From Mustelus asterias (Eukaryota): DNA of 64,000 nt. Numbering within the stretch: position 1 is the stretch's first letter; each line of letters starts with the position of its first letter. Where the stretch lies: assembly GCF_964213995.1 (NCBI RefSeq), contig NC_135814.1, positions 20,398,001 through 20,462,000 on the forward strand. The letters run 5' to 3'. Positions 48,029-61,254 of this stretch are shown piece by piece. The translations under genes and the position numbers were made by a program. The notes beneath the pieces are model-generated. The model was not told the origin of the DNA. It worked only from the letters and a program-made list of their open reading frames with translations, and did no database searches.

Positions 48029-49731
48029 TGCTAGGGAAAGAAATAGGTTAGGTTTTAGCATTTAAATTTCAAAAGAGAGTAAGAAAATTTTACAGCTTAG
48101 AAACACTTCATAAGTAAACAAGGGAAGGTTATTAAATTTTACTTGACCTGAAAGGCAAGGCAATAGGAAGACATGAAAGTTTTTTTTGGAAAAGCTGAGT
48201 CCAAAGAGGTCCTGAGAGCAGTGGAATCAAAGATGAAAGGGGGAAAGAATATTTAAGAAGAAGTGTTGAGTTGAGTTGAGTTGAGTTGAGTTGAGTTGGC
48301 TGTGAGGTGAAGATATTGTGCTGAGAGAAGGTGTGAAATCTGAAGTAGTCATCAAGAAACCAGAATTTTTTTTTATTTCATAAAGCAGTCTTAGAATCAA
48401 AGAATCCCTACAGCGTAGAAGTTTAAAGTTTGAAATTTATTTATTAGTCACAAGTAGGACTTACATTAACACTGCAATGACGTTATTGTGAAATTCTCCT
48501 AGTCGCCACAGTCCAGCACCTGTTCGGGTCAATGCACCTAACCAGCACATCTTTCAGACTGTGGGAGGAAACAGAGCACCAGAGGAAACCCACACAGACA
48601 CGGGGAGAACGTGCAAACAGATAGTGACCCAAGCCGGAAATCGAACCCAGATCCCTCATGCTGTAAAGCAGCAGTGCTAACCACTGTGCTACCCTGCCAA
48701 AGGAGGTCATTCAGCCCATTGAGTCAGCATTGACTCTCCAACAGAGCATCTTACCCAGGACCTATCCCTGTAACCCCATGCATTTAGTTTATATTAGTTT
48801 ATTTATTAGTGTCACATGTAGGCTTACATTAACACAGCAATGAAGTTACTGTGAAAATTCCCTTAGTCACCACACTCTGGCGCCTGTTTGGGTACACTGA
48901 GGGACACTTGAGCATGGCCAATGCACCTAATCAGCACGTCTTTCGGACTGTGGGAGGAAACCAGAGCACCCAAAGGAAAGACGCGCGGACACGGGGAGAA
49001 CATGCAAATTCTGCACAATGACACAAGCCGGGCATCAAACCCAAGTCCCTGTGAGGCAGCAATGCTAACCATCATGCCACCTGCTAACCTCCACATCTTT
49101 GGACATTAAAGGGCAATTTAACATGATCAATCAACCTAACCTGCATATCTTTGATCTGTGGGAGGAAACCGGAGCACTCAAAGGAAACCCACGCAGACAC
49201 AGGGAGAACATGCAATCTCCAATCTGACAGTCACCCAAGGTTGGAATCGAAGCCGGGTCCCTGGCGCTGTGGGGCAGCAGTGCTAATCACTGTGCCACCG
49301 TACCACCCTCTTGTTTCTGAATTTTCTTGCATTTCCACAACAGAGTGGAAGTGAGTGAGAAGTTGTGTGGTATAACTTTACTAAAGTGACATCAATTTTT
49401 TGCCTTGGATAATATTCCTGGATTTTTAGAGTTAAAAATCTCCAAGGGTGTGTTGTCAAGAAGGTGTTTATTTGTGTGTTCTGAATGAGTGGGTTCTTTC
49501 TGTCAGACTGTTTTAACAGTGTAACTTTAATCTTGCGTGTTTAAGTTTTTCTCTTATTAATAAATCTTTTAAGTTTTAAAATTGCAAAAATGTTACTGGA
49601 GTTCTATGCTCCTGGGATCAGTAGGTTTTTTCTCCTAGTTTTCAAAATATGGAAAAAGGTTATGATCAGTCAGACAAATTTCCTTCTGGATTTGGCTTGC
49701 TGTGCAAACAGCACCTGCTGTGGTCATAACA
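48029..49731 (+). mobile_element. Putative solo LTR containing (GTTGA)n (48265-48297) and a nested triple SINE (48393-49307)
   Basis: TGCTAGGGAAAG ... AATAAA (49559) ... GGTCATAACA termini. Confidence 0.55.
48393..49307 (-). mobile_element. HE1 SINE split by two type-B SINEs (48421-48697 and 48787-49080), all on the minus strand
   Basis: HE1 tail pieces at 48393-48420 and 48698-48786 and the head/core at 49081-49307 rejoin colinearly when the two type-B copies are removed. Confidence 0.85.
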
Positions 49732-50096
49732 TAGTACAGCCACAATCCCGTCATCACCCAGAGAAAGTGGTAAGTTGCTCCAATACCTCCTGCCTCCAAA
49801 AAGCAAGACAAATGCAGTCCAGCCATATGCCATATCAATGTACTCTCAATCATCCGAAAAATAGTGGAAGGAGACTTTGACAGTGGCATCCAGCATAATC
49901 TATTCACCTATAACATTATCACTGATGCTGATGTTTTGTTCTGCAGGACCAGACCTCATTACGGCCTTGGTTCAAGCACAGACAGTCAAGTTGAGTTCCA
50001 GATGGGACGTGAGAGTAACTTGTCATCAGCATTTGCCCGAGAGTGACAGCAAGAATCCCGAGTGAATTGAAGTCAATGGGAATCAGGAAGAACACT

Positions 50097-50442
50097 CATA
50101 GAATCATAGAATCATAGAAACCCTACAGTGCAGAAACAGGCCATTCGGCCCATCAAGTCTGCACCGACCACAATCCCACCCAGGCCCTACTCCCATATCC
50201 CTACACATTTACCCGCTAATCCTACGCATCTCAGGACACTAAGGGGCAATTTTACCATGGCCAATCAACCTAACCTGCACATCTTTGGACTGTGGGAGGA
50301 AACCGGAGAACCCGGAGGAAACCCACGCAGACACGAGAAGAATGTGCAAACTCCACACAGACAGTGACCCAAGCCGGGAATCGAACCCAGGTCCCTGGAG
50401 CTATGAAGCAGCAGTGCTAAGCACTGTGCTACCGTGCCGCCC
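50097..50442 (-). mobile_element. HE1 SINE inserted in an L2/Crack-like LINE relic
   Basis: (CATAGAAT)n tail on the plus strand and head ending at 50442. Confidence 0.92.
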
Positions 50443-51150
50443 TAACTCTCCACTAGTTGATTCATACCTAGCACTGCTGTTGCAGTAATGGTGCAGTCAG
50501 AGCCCACATGCAATAGGACATCATTCAGGCCTAAGCTGAGTATGATTCACATCTCACAAGTGCCAAGAAGTAACCTACTCGCCACCTCCTCTTGAAATTC
50601 AACACCATCCATTTTGCATCTTACAATATCCCCATTTTATCAATTTAGAGAAAAGTAACAGTAGGTCAGGTTTATGTTAAATGGAACAGAGCGGAATGTG
50701 CTACTGAACTTATTCAGCTCACTGACTCATCTCCATCTGGAACATTGTGTGCAGTTCTGGTCACCATATTACAGGAAGAAAATGATTATACTGGGAAAGA
50801 TGCAGCAAACAGCTAACCATCTGAATCCTCTTTCCGGCTATAAGGACAGAGAGAGTTTGTTCACACCAGCTATAGTAGAGGGAAGAATAGTTCTTATTGA
50901 GATATTCAAGGACATTAACACATTGAACAAGGAAACTTTACTGTGGCGCAGAGAATGACCCTGGGAAGGCAAAAGCTCAGAATGGAGCAGCTAACTGGAC
51001 AGATTAGAATTAATTATTTCGCGCTGAGTGGGGTGAACATTCAGATCGTACTGCTCAGATAAACGTCTGAATGCTTCAGTAAATGGGCGGCACAGCGGCA
51101 CAGTGGATAACACTGCTGCCTCACGGCACCAGGGACCCAGGTTTGATTCA

Positions 51151-52878
51151 TATGCCCCAGAATACTGAGAGAGGCAAGGGAGGAAATTGCTGGGGCCTTG
51201 AGAGAAATCTTTGTATCCTTGCTGGCTACAGAGGATTGGAGAATGGCCAATGTTGTTCCTTTGTTTAAGAAGGGTAGCAAGAGTAATCCAGGTATTTACA
51301 GGCCAGTAAGCCTTACATCAGTGGTAGGGAAATTATTGGAGAGGATTCTTCGAGACAGGATTTATTCCCACTTGGAAATAAGTGGACGTATTAGTGGGAG
51401 GCAACATGGTTTTGTGAAGGGGAGGTCGTGTCTCATGAACTCGATCGAGTTTTTTGAGGAAGTGATGAAGATGATTGATGAGGGTAGGGCAGTAGATGTT
51501 GTCTACATGGACTTCAGTAAGGCCTTTGACAAGATCCCTCATGGCAGACTGGTGCAGAAGGTGAAGTCGAATGGGATCAGAGGTGAGCTAGCAAGGTGGA
51601 TACAAAACTGGCTCGGTCAAAGAAGACAGAGGGTAGCAGTGGAAGGGTGTGTTTCTGAATGGAGGGCTGTGACAAGTGGTGTTCCTCAGGGATCAGTGCT
51701 GGGACCTTTGCTGTTTGTAATATATATAAATGATTTGGAGGAAAATGTAACTGGATTGATTAGTAAGTTTGCGGATGACACAAAGGTTGGTGGATTTGTG
51801 GATAGTGATGAGGACCATCAGAGGATTCAGCAGGATATAGATCAGTTGGAGACTTGGGCAGAGAGATGGCAGATGGAGTTTAATCCGGACAAATGTGAGG
51901 TAATGCATTTTGGAAGGTCCCATACAGATAGGAAATATACAGTAAATGGCAGAACCCTTAAGAGTATTGATAGGCAAAGGGATCTGGGTGTACAGGTACA
52001 CAGGTCACTGAAAGTGGCAATGCAGGTGGAGAAGGTAGTCAAGAAGGCATACGGCATGCTTGCCTTCATCAACCGGGGCATTGAGTTTAAAAATTGGCAA
52101 GTCATGTTGTAGCTTTATAGAACCTTAGTTAGGCCGCACTTGGAATATAGTGTTCAATTCTGGTCGCCACACTACAAGTAGGATGTGGAGGCTTTGGAGA
52201 GGGTACAGAAAAGATTTACCAGGATGTTGCCTGGTATGGAGGGCATTAGCTATGAGGAAAGTTTGGAGAAACTTGGTTTGTTCTCACTGGAGCGACGGAG
52301 GTTGAGGGGAGACCTGATAGAAGTCGACAAGATTATGAGAGGCATGGACAGAGTGGATAGTCAGAAGCTTTTTCCCAGGATGGAAGAGTCAATTACTGGG
52401 GGGCACAGGTTTAAGGTGCGAGGGGCAAGGTTTAAAGGAGATGTATGAGGCAGATTTTTTACACAGAGAGCAGTGGGTGCCTGGAACTCGTTGCTGGGGG
52501 AGTTAGTGGAAGCGGATACGGTAGTGACTTTTAAGGGGCGTCTTGACAAGTACAGTGGAACCCCGATTTTACGCGCCCCGATTTAGCGCGAAATCGGATA
52601 TGGCGCGATGAATCATTGGATTTTTTTTCCTCTTTCCGGTTTAGTGATTTAGCACGACCCCGATTTAGCGCGACCCCGATAAAATTCGTGATAACATTTT
52701 ATGGACCCCAACCATCACGTTACAACGGGGCTGCACTGTACATGAATAGGATGGGAATAGAGGGATATGGTCCCCGGAAGGGTAGGGGGTTTTTAGTTAA
52801 GTCGGGCACATGGTCGGAGGGTTGGAGGGCCGAAGGGCCTGTTCCTGTGCTGTAATTTTCTTTGTTCTTTGTTCTTTG
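51151..52878 (+). mobile_element. CR1 RT fragment with premature stops, inserted into an HE1 SINE (51085-51150 plus 52879-53160)
   Basis: ORF 51198-52112 (YRPVSLTS, QHGF, DFSKAFD, PQGSVLGP, FADD), ORF 52185-52448 and a (TTCTTTG)n tail. Confidence 0.93.
52553..52738. mobile_element. Tc1/mariner (pogo/Tigger-type) MITE
   Basis: TA|CAGTGGAACCCCG ... CGGGGCTGCACTG|TA. It interrupts the CR1 sequence GACAAGTA/CATGAATAGG and has internal CCCCGATTTAGCGCG repeats. Confidence 0.92.
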
Positions 52879-53726
52879 TCTGTGTGGAGTTTACACATTC
52901 TCCCCGTGTCTGCTGGGTTTCCTCCGGATGCTCCAGTTTCCGCCCACAGTCTGAAGATGTGTGGATTAGGTGGATTGGCCATGCTAAATTGCTCCTTTGT
53001 GTCCAAAGATGTGTCGGTTAAGAGATGAGTCATGGTAAATGTGTGGGATCACAGGAATAGGGTGGAGGGAAAAGCCTGGGTGGGATTCTCATTTGGAGAG
53101 TCGGGGCAGACTTGATGGGCCAGGTGGCCTCTTTCTGCACTGTTGGGATTCCATGGTTCAATGTAAAAGAGGAGCTGCAAAGATGTTTAGTGGATAAAAC
53201 ATCAATTGAGAGACAGATGGTGAACTGGATATTCTCTTTTCAAATTCATTGCCTGGACAGATGGACGGAGATTTCTTTAGCCTACAACATGTTTAATGAA
53301 GTACTAAGTGACTGTCAGCTTCTTTATTAGATTTAAAGTGTTAAAATTCACCAACTTTAAATATTTGACTCAAATATTTCCTGCACTCCTTTATCATATT
53401 TGCTTTGCGACCTTGGTTGTAAATATTTATATGGGATTGAAAACCTCCCTGTGTCTCTTCTCTGTATTCAGAAACATGCAGAACTGCAGTGAATGTCTAT
53501 TTTTTTTTTAAAAGCTTAGATCGGAAACAAAAAAAGCTTCAAAAAAGCAGCCAAGTAGAAACGCTAAAGAAGCTTTCAACATCTTCAACTGCGACTCTTC
53601 TTAGAGTGATATTAAATTAAACTCTAGCATTGGACAGATACAAAAGCAAAGTACAGCGATGCCAAGAGGTCACAAGGCCTCAAGTATTAGATCTTGTTCT
53701 CTTTCCACAGATGCTGCCTCACTTGG

Positions 53727-54338
53727 AATCATAGAATCCCTACAGTGCAAAAGGAGGCCATTCAGCCCGTCAAGTCTGCACTGACCACAAACCCACCCAG
53801 GCCCTATTCCCCGAACGCAGTGGTTCCCAAACTTTTTTCACTGGGCCGCACTTTCGGAATAAAAATTTGCTTGCGCCACACCGAATTTTTTATTGATAAG
53901 AAAAACAAAAAAAAACAACTCCTAGCAGTGCTTGATTCATAACATAGAACACAACTACTTTATAATATGATCATGGGACATGCAGAAAGTATAAAACAAT
54001 GCTTGTTTAAACCATGTTTAAATGTTTCTTTGATTGTCCTTGAATCTTCCTGCCACACTTGCCATCCTCTCTCGCCACACCAGTGTGGCGCGCCGCACCC
54101 TTTGGGAACCACTGCCCTAACACCACACATTTACCCTGCTCATTCCCCTGACACTAGGGTCAATTTAGTATGGCCATTCAACCTAACCCGCAAATCTTTG
54201 GAGCGTGGGAGGAAACCGGAGCACCCAGACACAGGGAGAATGTGCAAACTCTACACAGACAGTGACCCGAGGCCGGAATTGAACCTGGGTCTCTGGTGCT
54301 GTGAGGCAGCAGTGCTAACCACTGTGCCACCGTGCCGC
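53727..54338 (-). mobile_element. HE1 SINE interrupted by a hAT MITE
   Basis: Tail at 53727-53817 and remainder at 54115-54338. Confidence 0.88.
53818..54114. mobile_element. hAT (Charlie-type) MITE
   Basis: Perfect 14-bp TIR CAGTGGTTCCCAAA / TTTGGGAACCACTG with 8-bp flanks CCCGAACG / CCCTAACA (6/8 identical). Confidence 0.9.
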
Positions 54339-54515
54339 CTGGTCATTTACTTCATTGTTGTTTGTAGGAGTTTGCTGCATGAAAAATAACTGCTGTCTTG
54401 CTGATGTAATAGTCACGGTAGTTTATTGTATGTAAGATGCCCTACAAATATCAAGTTCTTTTAAACTTTTTTGTCAATAATTCAATTTTCAACTCCGTTT
54501 CAATTTTCCAACATT

Positions 54516-55580
54516 TGTGATACTTCCATTGTTATCTCACCCTGGGGCTTTCTTAAAGCCAGATAAAACTAGGTTTAGAAGACATGCACTTAAGCATGGA
54601 TGTAATCCAAGGTATCTAACTGATAACCCATGTGTTTTGAGAAGCATTTTGTTACTTTTGAGACCAAAGGTCAGGGTTGTGTCCTGAAAGAGGGGTAATT
54701 GGTTTACTGATTACGACATAATTAGGTTCCAAGAAATACCCACTTGATGTGGAGTTGCCATGGGATAAGCCGTTAAGAGGCAAAGGGTAAATAGAAAGCT
54801 AATTGAATGAGGTGAGGTCAACCAGTGTTTACTATGTGGCAGTTCAAAAAATACTGAGAATTTGGGTTAAAGAAAATAAGTAGGGTTCCCCCTGAATGGG
54901 ATATTTTTGTCTTTGGCAGTCATTGAACAGATCCTGGTGTTGAAAAAGGTCTGTGAGAAAAGAGCAGGGACTGTGTTACTCTGTGTGGCATGTAGTTAGA
55001 AAGCAGAGAGCTGGAGAGGGGAAGGACAAAGCATTGTGGATTGGACAAGACTCATTGTAACTGAATCAGTGTTGGCAGAGTGCACCAGACCATTTAAAGA
55101 CATTGGAGGAAGGAGTCTCTTGGCATTTTGTGCCTTTCGGACTGTTGTGACCTGAGTGAGGGAGGCTTTGTAAAAATGTGCCTTAATGGTGTTAACCATG
55201 TCAGGGGACTTTGGATAGAATATAGCTGCTGGTGAATGCAACTCCAGAACCAAAACAATTGGGAGGGAAATGAGAAATCCAATAAAATAGAGGCTGAGTT
55301 TGAGATTGCGTGTCGCCCCATATTTGTGCAGCAAGTATGCAAATTCTTGTAACAACAAATGGCATAACTTTGTTGTATCAATTATTTAATGTGAAATTTA
55401 CCTTTTTATTTAAAATATCCTTCACCGGTGAATTAATGTTTGAAATATGTTGATTTTAGTTGGTTTGTTACAGTAAAGTTTTTAAAAAGTGAAACCTTGC
55501 CCAGTATTTTTTTTGTCTTTTGGCTTTGTGGGGATTCCTTTCCTTTTAAAAGGTTATTGGTCTCTATGGCAATCGTAACA
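54516..55580 (+). mobile_element. Putative solo LTR (left boundary uncertain)
   Basis: Ends GGCAATCGTAACA like the other putative LTRs, with an AGTAAA polyA-like signal at ~55472. Confidence 0.45.
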
Positions 55581-56966
55581 TAACCCTTCTTCCGCAGCCA
55601 TGGCAACGACCATTCATCTCCTCCCCCTTCTCCAACACTGAAAAAGCCAGGTGAAAATATATCTGAGAGGGAAAAGCATCTTTTAGCTTTCGTCTTCTGA
55701 AACGGAAAGTTCTAAAGGGAAGGGACTAAATTATAAATAATGATCAATTAATATGAAAGGAACTTTTCTCAAGGATGTGGCTCATGGTATGTGTCATATC
55801 GAAAGCTATAAAGCACAAATCAGTGGTTAACTGTCAATGGGGAAGTGGAGCATGACATGTGAATGGGAGAAAATTAGGTTTGCACAGCCAGACTCCAGCA
55901 AGACAGTGAGATTTACCATCTTGTCACATTTCTGTCTGCTGGCCGATAAGAGTGCTCTTGTCAGCATCCATCATTTCAAAGGCCTCATCTCCGTCGCTTC
56001 CGGCTCTTTTGTCTGACAATCAATCTCAGCTACAGCCCAACTCACTGCCACAAGTGCATGGGTAAAGCGTGGGGCTCACGTTCCAGCTCTGGGCACATCA
56101 CACTATGTCTCGCTCAGCCACAGACAGGCGGGGTGTGTGGGGGGGGGGGGGGGGGGCGGGGTGCGGGGGGGAGCTGCTTTCACAGCAGGGTGTCAGTCTG
56201 TGACACTGTTAATCAGCTTCAGTGGGAGGTCCCTCTTCATCGTGGACAAAACACACAATTTTAAACAGAGTGCGACTACTGTGTCTGCCAACAATCTTGT
56301 CATGAGAAAGATGCATGAATCAAAAATTGGTAAGGCACAGTAGAACCAGAACAAGAAGCCCCATGCATCATTCCACTGCTGTATTTTGTTCTATGTTTAG
56401 TAACTATTTTTTGAAAGCTATAAGAAGGAAAAAGATTAGAGTTGGAATTTAATAGAGTCACAATCAGTATAGAAGCTGCTGCATCAGGCCTAGGCTGCAA
56501 GGCTATCATTGAATCTAGGCTTTAGATGTGAGATTAATGAACTACAAGGAGGGAGGATGTATCTTAACTGTAGTTTAGATGTAGTCTCAGTTTGGAGCCA
56601 CGACTAGTCTGAAGCAGGAGTGAAGAGGGATGAGGTCGCTAAATTAAATCCACCGGACCATTTCAAATATTTGTTATTTCTATAGCGCCAGTTGCATTAT
56701 GTGGTACTAGGACCGGGTACGGCATGGCGGCACAGTGGTTAGCACTGCTGCCTCACAGCGCCAGGGACTCAGGTTCAATTCTGGCCTCGGGTGACTGTCT
56801 GCGTGGAGTTTGCACATTTTCCCCGTGTCTGTGTGGGTTTCCTCCGGGTGCTCTGGTTTCCTTCCACAATCCAAAGATGTACAGGTTAGGTGGATTGGTC
56901 ATGCTAAATTGCCCCTTGGTGTCCAAAGCTGTTAGGGGAAATAAACCATGGTAAATGTGTGGGAAT

Positions 56967-57103
56967 GATGTGTCTTTATATGCCCTGTTTGTGAACAGAA
57001 TTCCCACTCACCTGAAGAAGGGGCTTAAGGCTCCGAAAGCTTGTGTGGCTTTTGCTACCAAATAAACCTGTTGGACTTTAACCTGGTGTTGTTAAACTTC
57101 TTA
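56967..57103 (+). mobile_element. Mini Penelope pseudo-LTR insertion
   Basis: 14-bp TSD AAATGTGTGGGAAT (56953-56966, 57104-57117). Ends ACCAAATAAACCTGTTGGACTTTAACCTGGTGTTGTTAAACTTCTTA. Confidence 0.92.
57003..57048 (+). ncRNA. Minimal hammerhead ribozyme (second Penelope copy)
   Basis: CAC|CUGAAGA|A|GGGGC-uuaag-GCUCC|GAAA|G-CUU^GUG. Helix I CAC/GUG covaries with CAU/AUG in the 7315 copy. Confidence 0.8.
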
Positions 57104-58177
57104 AAATGTGTGGGAATACAGGGATAGAGCAGGGAGAGGGGCCTGGGTAAGATACTCTGTCAGAGAGTCGGTGCAGATTCGATGGGCCGAATGGCCTCTT
57201 TTGCACTGTAGGAATTCTAATATATAGCCCCCTGGCTCTGAATTACATGGTGTTATTGGTGATGATGTGGCACAGAAATCACTAAACGAAAAGTCACTGA
57301 ACTCTCCTCTGTTATCTCCAATGTTGGTAATGTTTACTGCTTGCATTACGAAAGCAATAGCATTAAATGGTAGCTCATGCATTAGGATTTCTTTGGGAAG
57401 TGTCTCACATGCTTGAAAATTAAATTGCATATATCTTTTTAAAATATATATGAATGGCTGGAAATATATACAAGGTACCAAACACTTAAATGCTGGGAAG
57501 TAATTGTGAAGATTTATAGAAATGTAACAGCCTGTTACCAGGAAGCTCAACAGCTTCATTTCCGATAGCACATTGAAAGATGCGTTCTCTTGAAATGTCT
57601 TCACAATTATAATACAGCCAGGCACTTTAAACATGTTAATTGCTGCATTAAAATAATGTGCAAAGGAACCTTTTATGAAAACGCTGAATAGTGTGCTAAC
57701 AGAGGACCTGAATACCCCCACACACGGTATGGCAGTAGTTCAGAGAGGTATATGACAAGTGATGCAGTCACAAGAACACAAAAAAATCCCGTTAAGTGCT
57801 GCCATCTCTGGTTATATTTTAGATCACAATAGGGTTTTGATATAAAGGAGATGTTTTCACTAAAACTCTATACGTGCAGCAAATTGCCATGAAAAGCAGA
57901 TGATCAAAATGGGCTGGGAGTGGCAAGGTTCGCAATTTTAAAAAATACAAGTACCAAAGGATGAAAATTAAACACTACGCTGACCTGTTATTCCTTCATT
58001 TTGTATTAGATATTAATATTTAGCTATTGGTACCACCACTTCTTAAAATAGTGAGTCAATATTGCTCCTTCTAATTGTTAGCTTGGCAGCAGTTTCGGGG
58101 AATTCCATGTTCCCTAGAACCAGGCATTTCAGGTCATACACTTTGAGATTGAACCAGTCCCTTTGTGTTACTGTTCG

Positions 58178-58816
58178 GCATGCTTGGCTTCATTGGTCAG
58201 GACATTGAACACAAGAGTTGGGTCGTTTTGTTGAAGTTGTACAAGACATTAGTAAGGCCACACTTGGAATACTGTGTACAGTTCTAGTCACCTTATTATA
58301 GAAAGGATGTTATTAAACTAGAAAGAGAGCAAATAAGATTTACTAGGATGCTACCAGGACTTGATGGTTTGAGTTATAAGGAGAGGCGAGATAGATTGGG
58401 ACTTTTTTCACTGGAGCGTAGGAGGCTTAGGGACAATCTTATAGAGGTCTATAAAATAATGAGGGGTATAAATAAGGTAGATCGTCAACATTTTTTCCCA
58501 AAGGTAGGGGAGCCTAAAAATAGACGGCATAGGTTTAACATGAGAGGGGAGAGATACAAAAGAGTCCAGAGGGGCATTTTTTTCACTCAGAGGGTGATGA
58601 GTGTCTGGAATGAGCTGTCAGAGGCAGGAGTGGAGGCGGGTACAATTTTGTCTTTTAAAATGCATTTAGACAGTTACATGGGTAAGATGGGTATAGAGGG
58701 ATATGAGCCAAATGCAGACAATTAGGACTAGCTTAGTGGCAAAAACTGAACAGCATGGACAAGTTGGGCCGAAGGGCCTGTTTCCATGCCGTAAACCTCT
58801 GTGACTCTATGACTCT
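58178..58816 (+). mobile_element. CR1 3' fragment with (TGACTCTA)n tail
   Basis: ORF 58348-58725 (RLGLFSLERRRLRDNLIEVYKIMRG). Confidence 0.9.
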
Positions 58817-58974
58817 AAGTAATGCCTCAGAGTCAGCATCTTCACCACATGCACCACCCACCTTCTCAAGGGTGGGTGATAAATGCCCAGCCTTACCAGC
58901 CTTGCCACATCCCAAGGATGAATTTTTGAAAATGTATCAGCATTTGCTTTATTATTGCAATATCAACATTGTAG

Positions 58975-59530
58975 ATACATGGATCGAGAATTGGCAAACT
59001 AATAGGAGATGGAAAGTTGAAATAAAAGGAGCATTTTCAGGATGGCAGTCTGTAACTAGTGGAGTGCCACAAGGATCAACGCTTGGGCCACAATTATTTA
59101 CAACATATATTAATCACCCAGATGATGGAAGCGACTGAACTATTGCCAGGTTTGCAGATGGCACGAAAATAGATGGGAAGACAAGTGGTGAGGGTGACAC
59201 AAAGCGTCTACAAAGGGATTTAGGCAGATTAAGTGAGTGGGCAAAAACTTGGCAAATGGAATATAATATAGGAAAATGTGACGTTATGCACTTTGGTGGG
59301 AAGAATAAAGGAGCTGAGTACCATTTAAATGGAGAAAGGCTGCAGAAAGCTACAGCACAGAGAGATTTGGGGGTCCTCACGCATAAATCACAGAGCTTGC
59401 ATGCAAGTTCACCTGGGAATAGGGAACGTAAATGGTATAGGGCATCATCTCAGAGTAAGGGGTCGCCCATTTAAGACAGAAATGAGGAGGAATTCCTTCT
59501 CTCAGGGGATAGTAAATCGACAGAATTCTT
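58975..59530 (+). mobile_element. CR1 RT fragment with internal deletion
   Basis: WQSVTSGVPQGSTLGPQLF and WQMEYNIGKCDVMHFG, then a jump to the C-terminal FKTEMRRN. Confidence 0.85.
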
Positions 59531-60427
59531 TCTGCAGAAATAACTGGAGGGGAAGTTTACAGAGCTCATTATAAATTTACCTGTGTTTTCTTTTGCCTTC
59601 CCAGCCCATTGTGTGACCAGGGGGCATTTTGGCCAATGGTGCATTCTATACCAACTCTCAATGTGTGAGCTATTAATGGACTGGGTGGTCCTTTCTGTCC
59701 ATTATGTATACTTGACCTCATGACAAATTGAATTATATAGAACTTACAGCAAATTCCCATTTCTAGTTTCTTACTACTCTCTCTCATCTAAACCTAAGGG
59801 CAAAACCTTCCATTCCTTTCTCCCTTGTGCACTCAACTAGCTTCCTTTCAAATGTGTCAAAGTTAGTCATTGCAGCCCTGTGGTAGAACATTCTAACTCT
59901 AAACATTTTCTGGGTAAAGGCTTTTAACCTGAGTTTCCTATTGCATTTCTTACTGACCATTTTATATTTATGACACCGAGGGAGAAATTTAATGTACTCC
60001 CATGAGATAAGTTTGCTAATGGAAGACATTTATTCAGGTGGAAGAGTGGCAGGTGGGGTCCTTGCCTTCTTCAAAGCTCTACCCCGATTAAATCTGTGCT
60101 GGGAAGACCCGTGGATGGCCTTTTTGCTCTGGTGCTAATTGATGATGAATGCTTACTTAAAGGCCTAACTCAGGTGTGGGCAGCGGCTTGTCAGGTGTAG
60201 AGGATGAAAAGGAAGAGTGGGGGAATGGTGGTGCTCTTGCCAAGCCTCTAGAGACCTTCATTGTCCCTAGTCTTGGGCTCTCCACACAAGAAGAAACTAC
60301 TTATCAAATTTTTCATAATTTTAAAGTCCTCTATAGGTCATCACATCCACATCCCAAATCCACTTCAGCTTCTCTTTTCTATTGAAATGTGTCTGCTCCT
60401 GTTCAATCCTTGATGGGTTTCTCACAG

Positions 60428-61254
60428 TGTGATGGTACTGTGCCTTTAATAAATCATGTTCTCTGCAGTTTGTAAGCAGCTTTGTTTGTTTTCATTGTTG
60501 CCGACCTGTCTGCTTAAATGGTTTAAATGGGGTTTTGTTTATTTTTAATCCGGGCCTAATGCGATGTCCTGGAGTTTACAACCCTTTTTGAAGTGTTGTG
60601 GAAAGATTGATTGACAGGTCAGGTGGGACAGTTTTTTTTAAAGTTTTACTTTCAGTTTGGTTCAGTTTCAGAGCTGGCCTGGGTTTCAGGCTGAAAGTGA
60701 GTTTTGTCTCTCTCACTCCCTGGTACTTTGAGAATGTGTTGCACTCCAGAAGGAAAAGCAGCATGCCTGTGCCTCTCTCTCTCCTGGTCTTGGGAATTCT
60801 GCTGGCTGCTGTTTAATTAGAAGGTGTTTGGACTTCAAGCTGGATACAGTGTTCTATCTCTCCCTGGTGTTTGGGAAGCTGGGTGTGTGTCAAGAAAGCT
60901 GCAGATTCCAACAACAAAATCACGTGAGCATCCTTGTTTCCTGTGTTAAACCTGAGGCAGGTGTATGTTTATAAGGTGGTTTGTTGTTTTGGAAAAGCAC
61001 ATTTAGTTGTTAAGGTTTATACAATATCATGGTTCTTTTTTTCCTTGTTTGTAATTGGTAAAAATTATTGTTAATTTACTTTCTATGCATTAACTGTATT
61101 CTTAAATTGCTTGATAAAAGCTCCCTAGCGGGTCATTTCAATCATACCTGAAGTGAAACATTGTATGCTTACCCTAGCCAAATTCAAAGTGCAAAATTTA
61201 TGGTCTAGATTGACTTCATAACATACCTTGGAGTTTCTGACCTGGATTATAACA
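60428..61254 (+). mobile_element. Putative solo LTR
   Basis: TGTGATGG ... GGATTATAACA termini. No TSD confirmed. Confidence 0.5.

Larger units (their letters stand above)
56718..57222 (+). mobile_element. HE1 SINE interrupted by a Penelope pseudo-LTR fragment
   Basis: Head and core at 56718-56966; tail at 57104-57222. Confidence 0.9.

Noticed and set aside
57259-57301. C/D-box snoRNA (TGATGA ... CTGA)
   Set aside because: Only about 43 nt from box C to box D, with no convincing terminal stem or recognisable guide.
57101-57721. 206-aa minus-strand ORF
   Set aside because: No recognisable domain, non-coding-like composition, and its end runs through a SINE tail.
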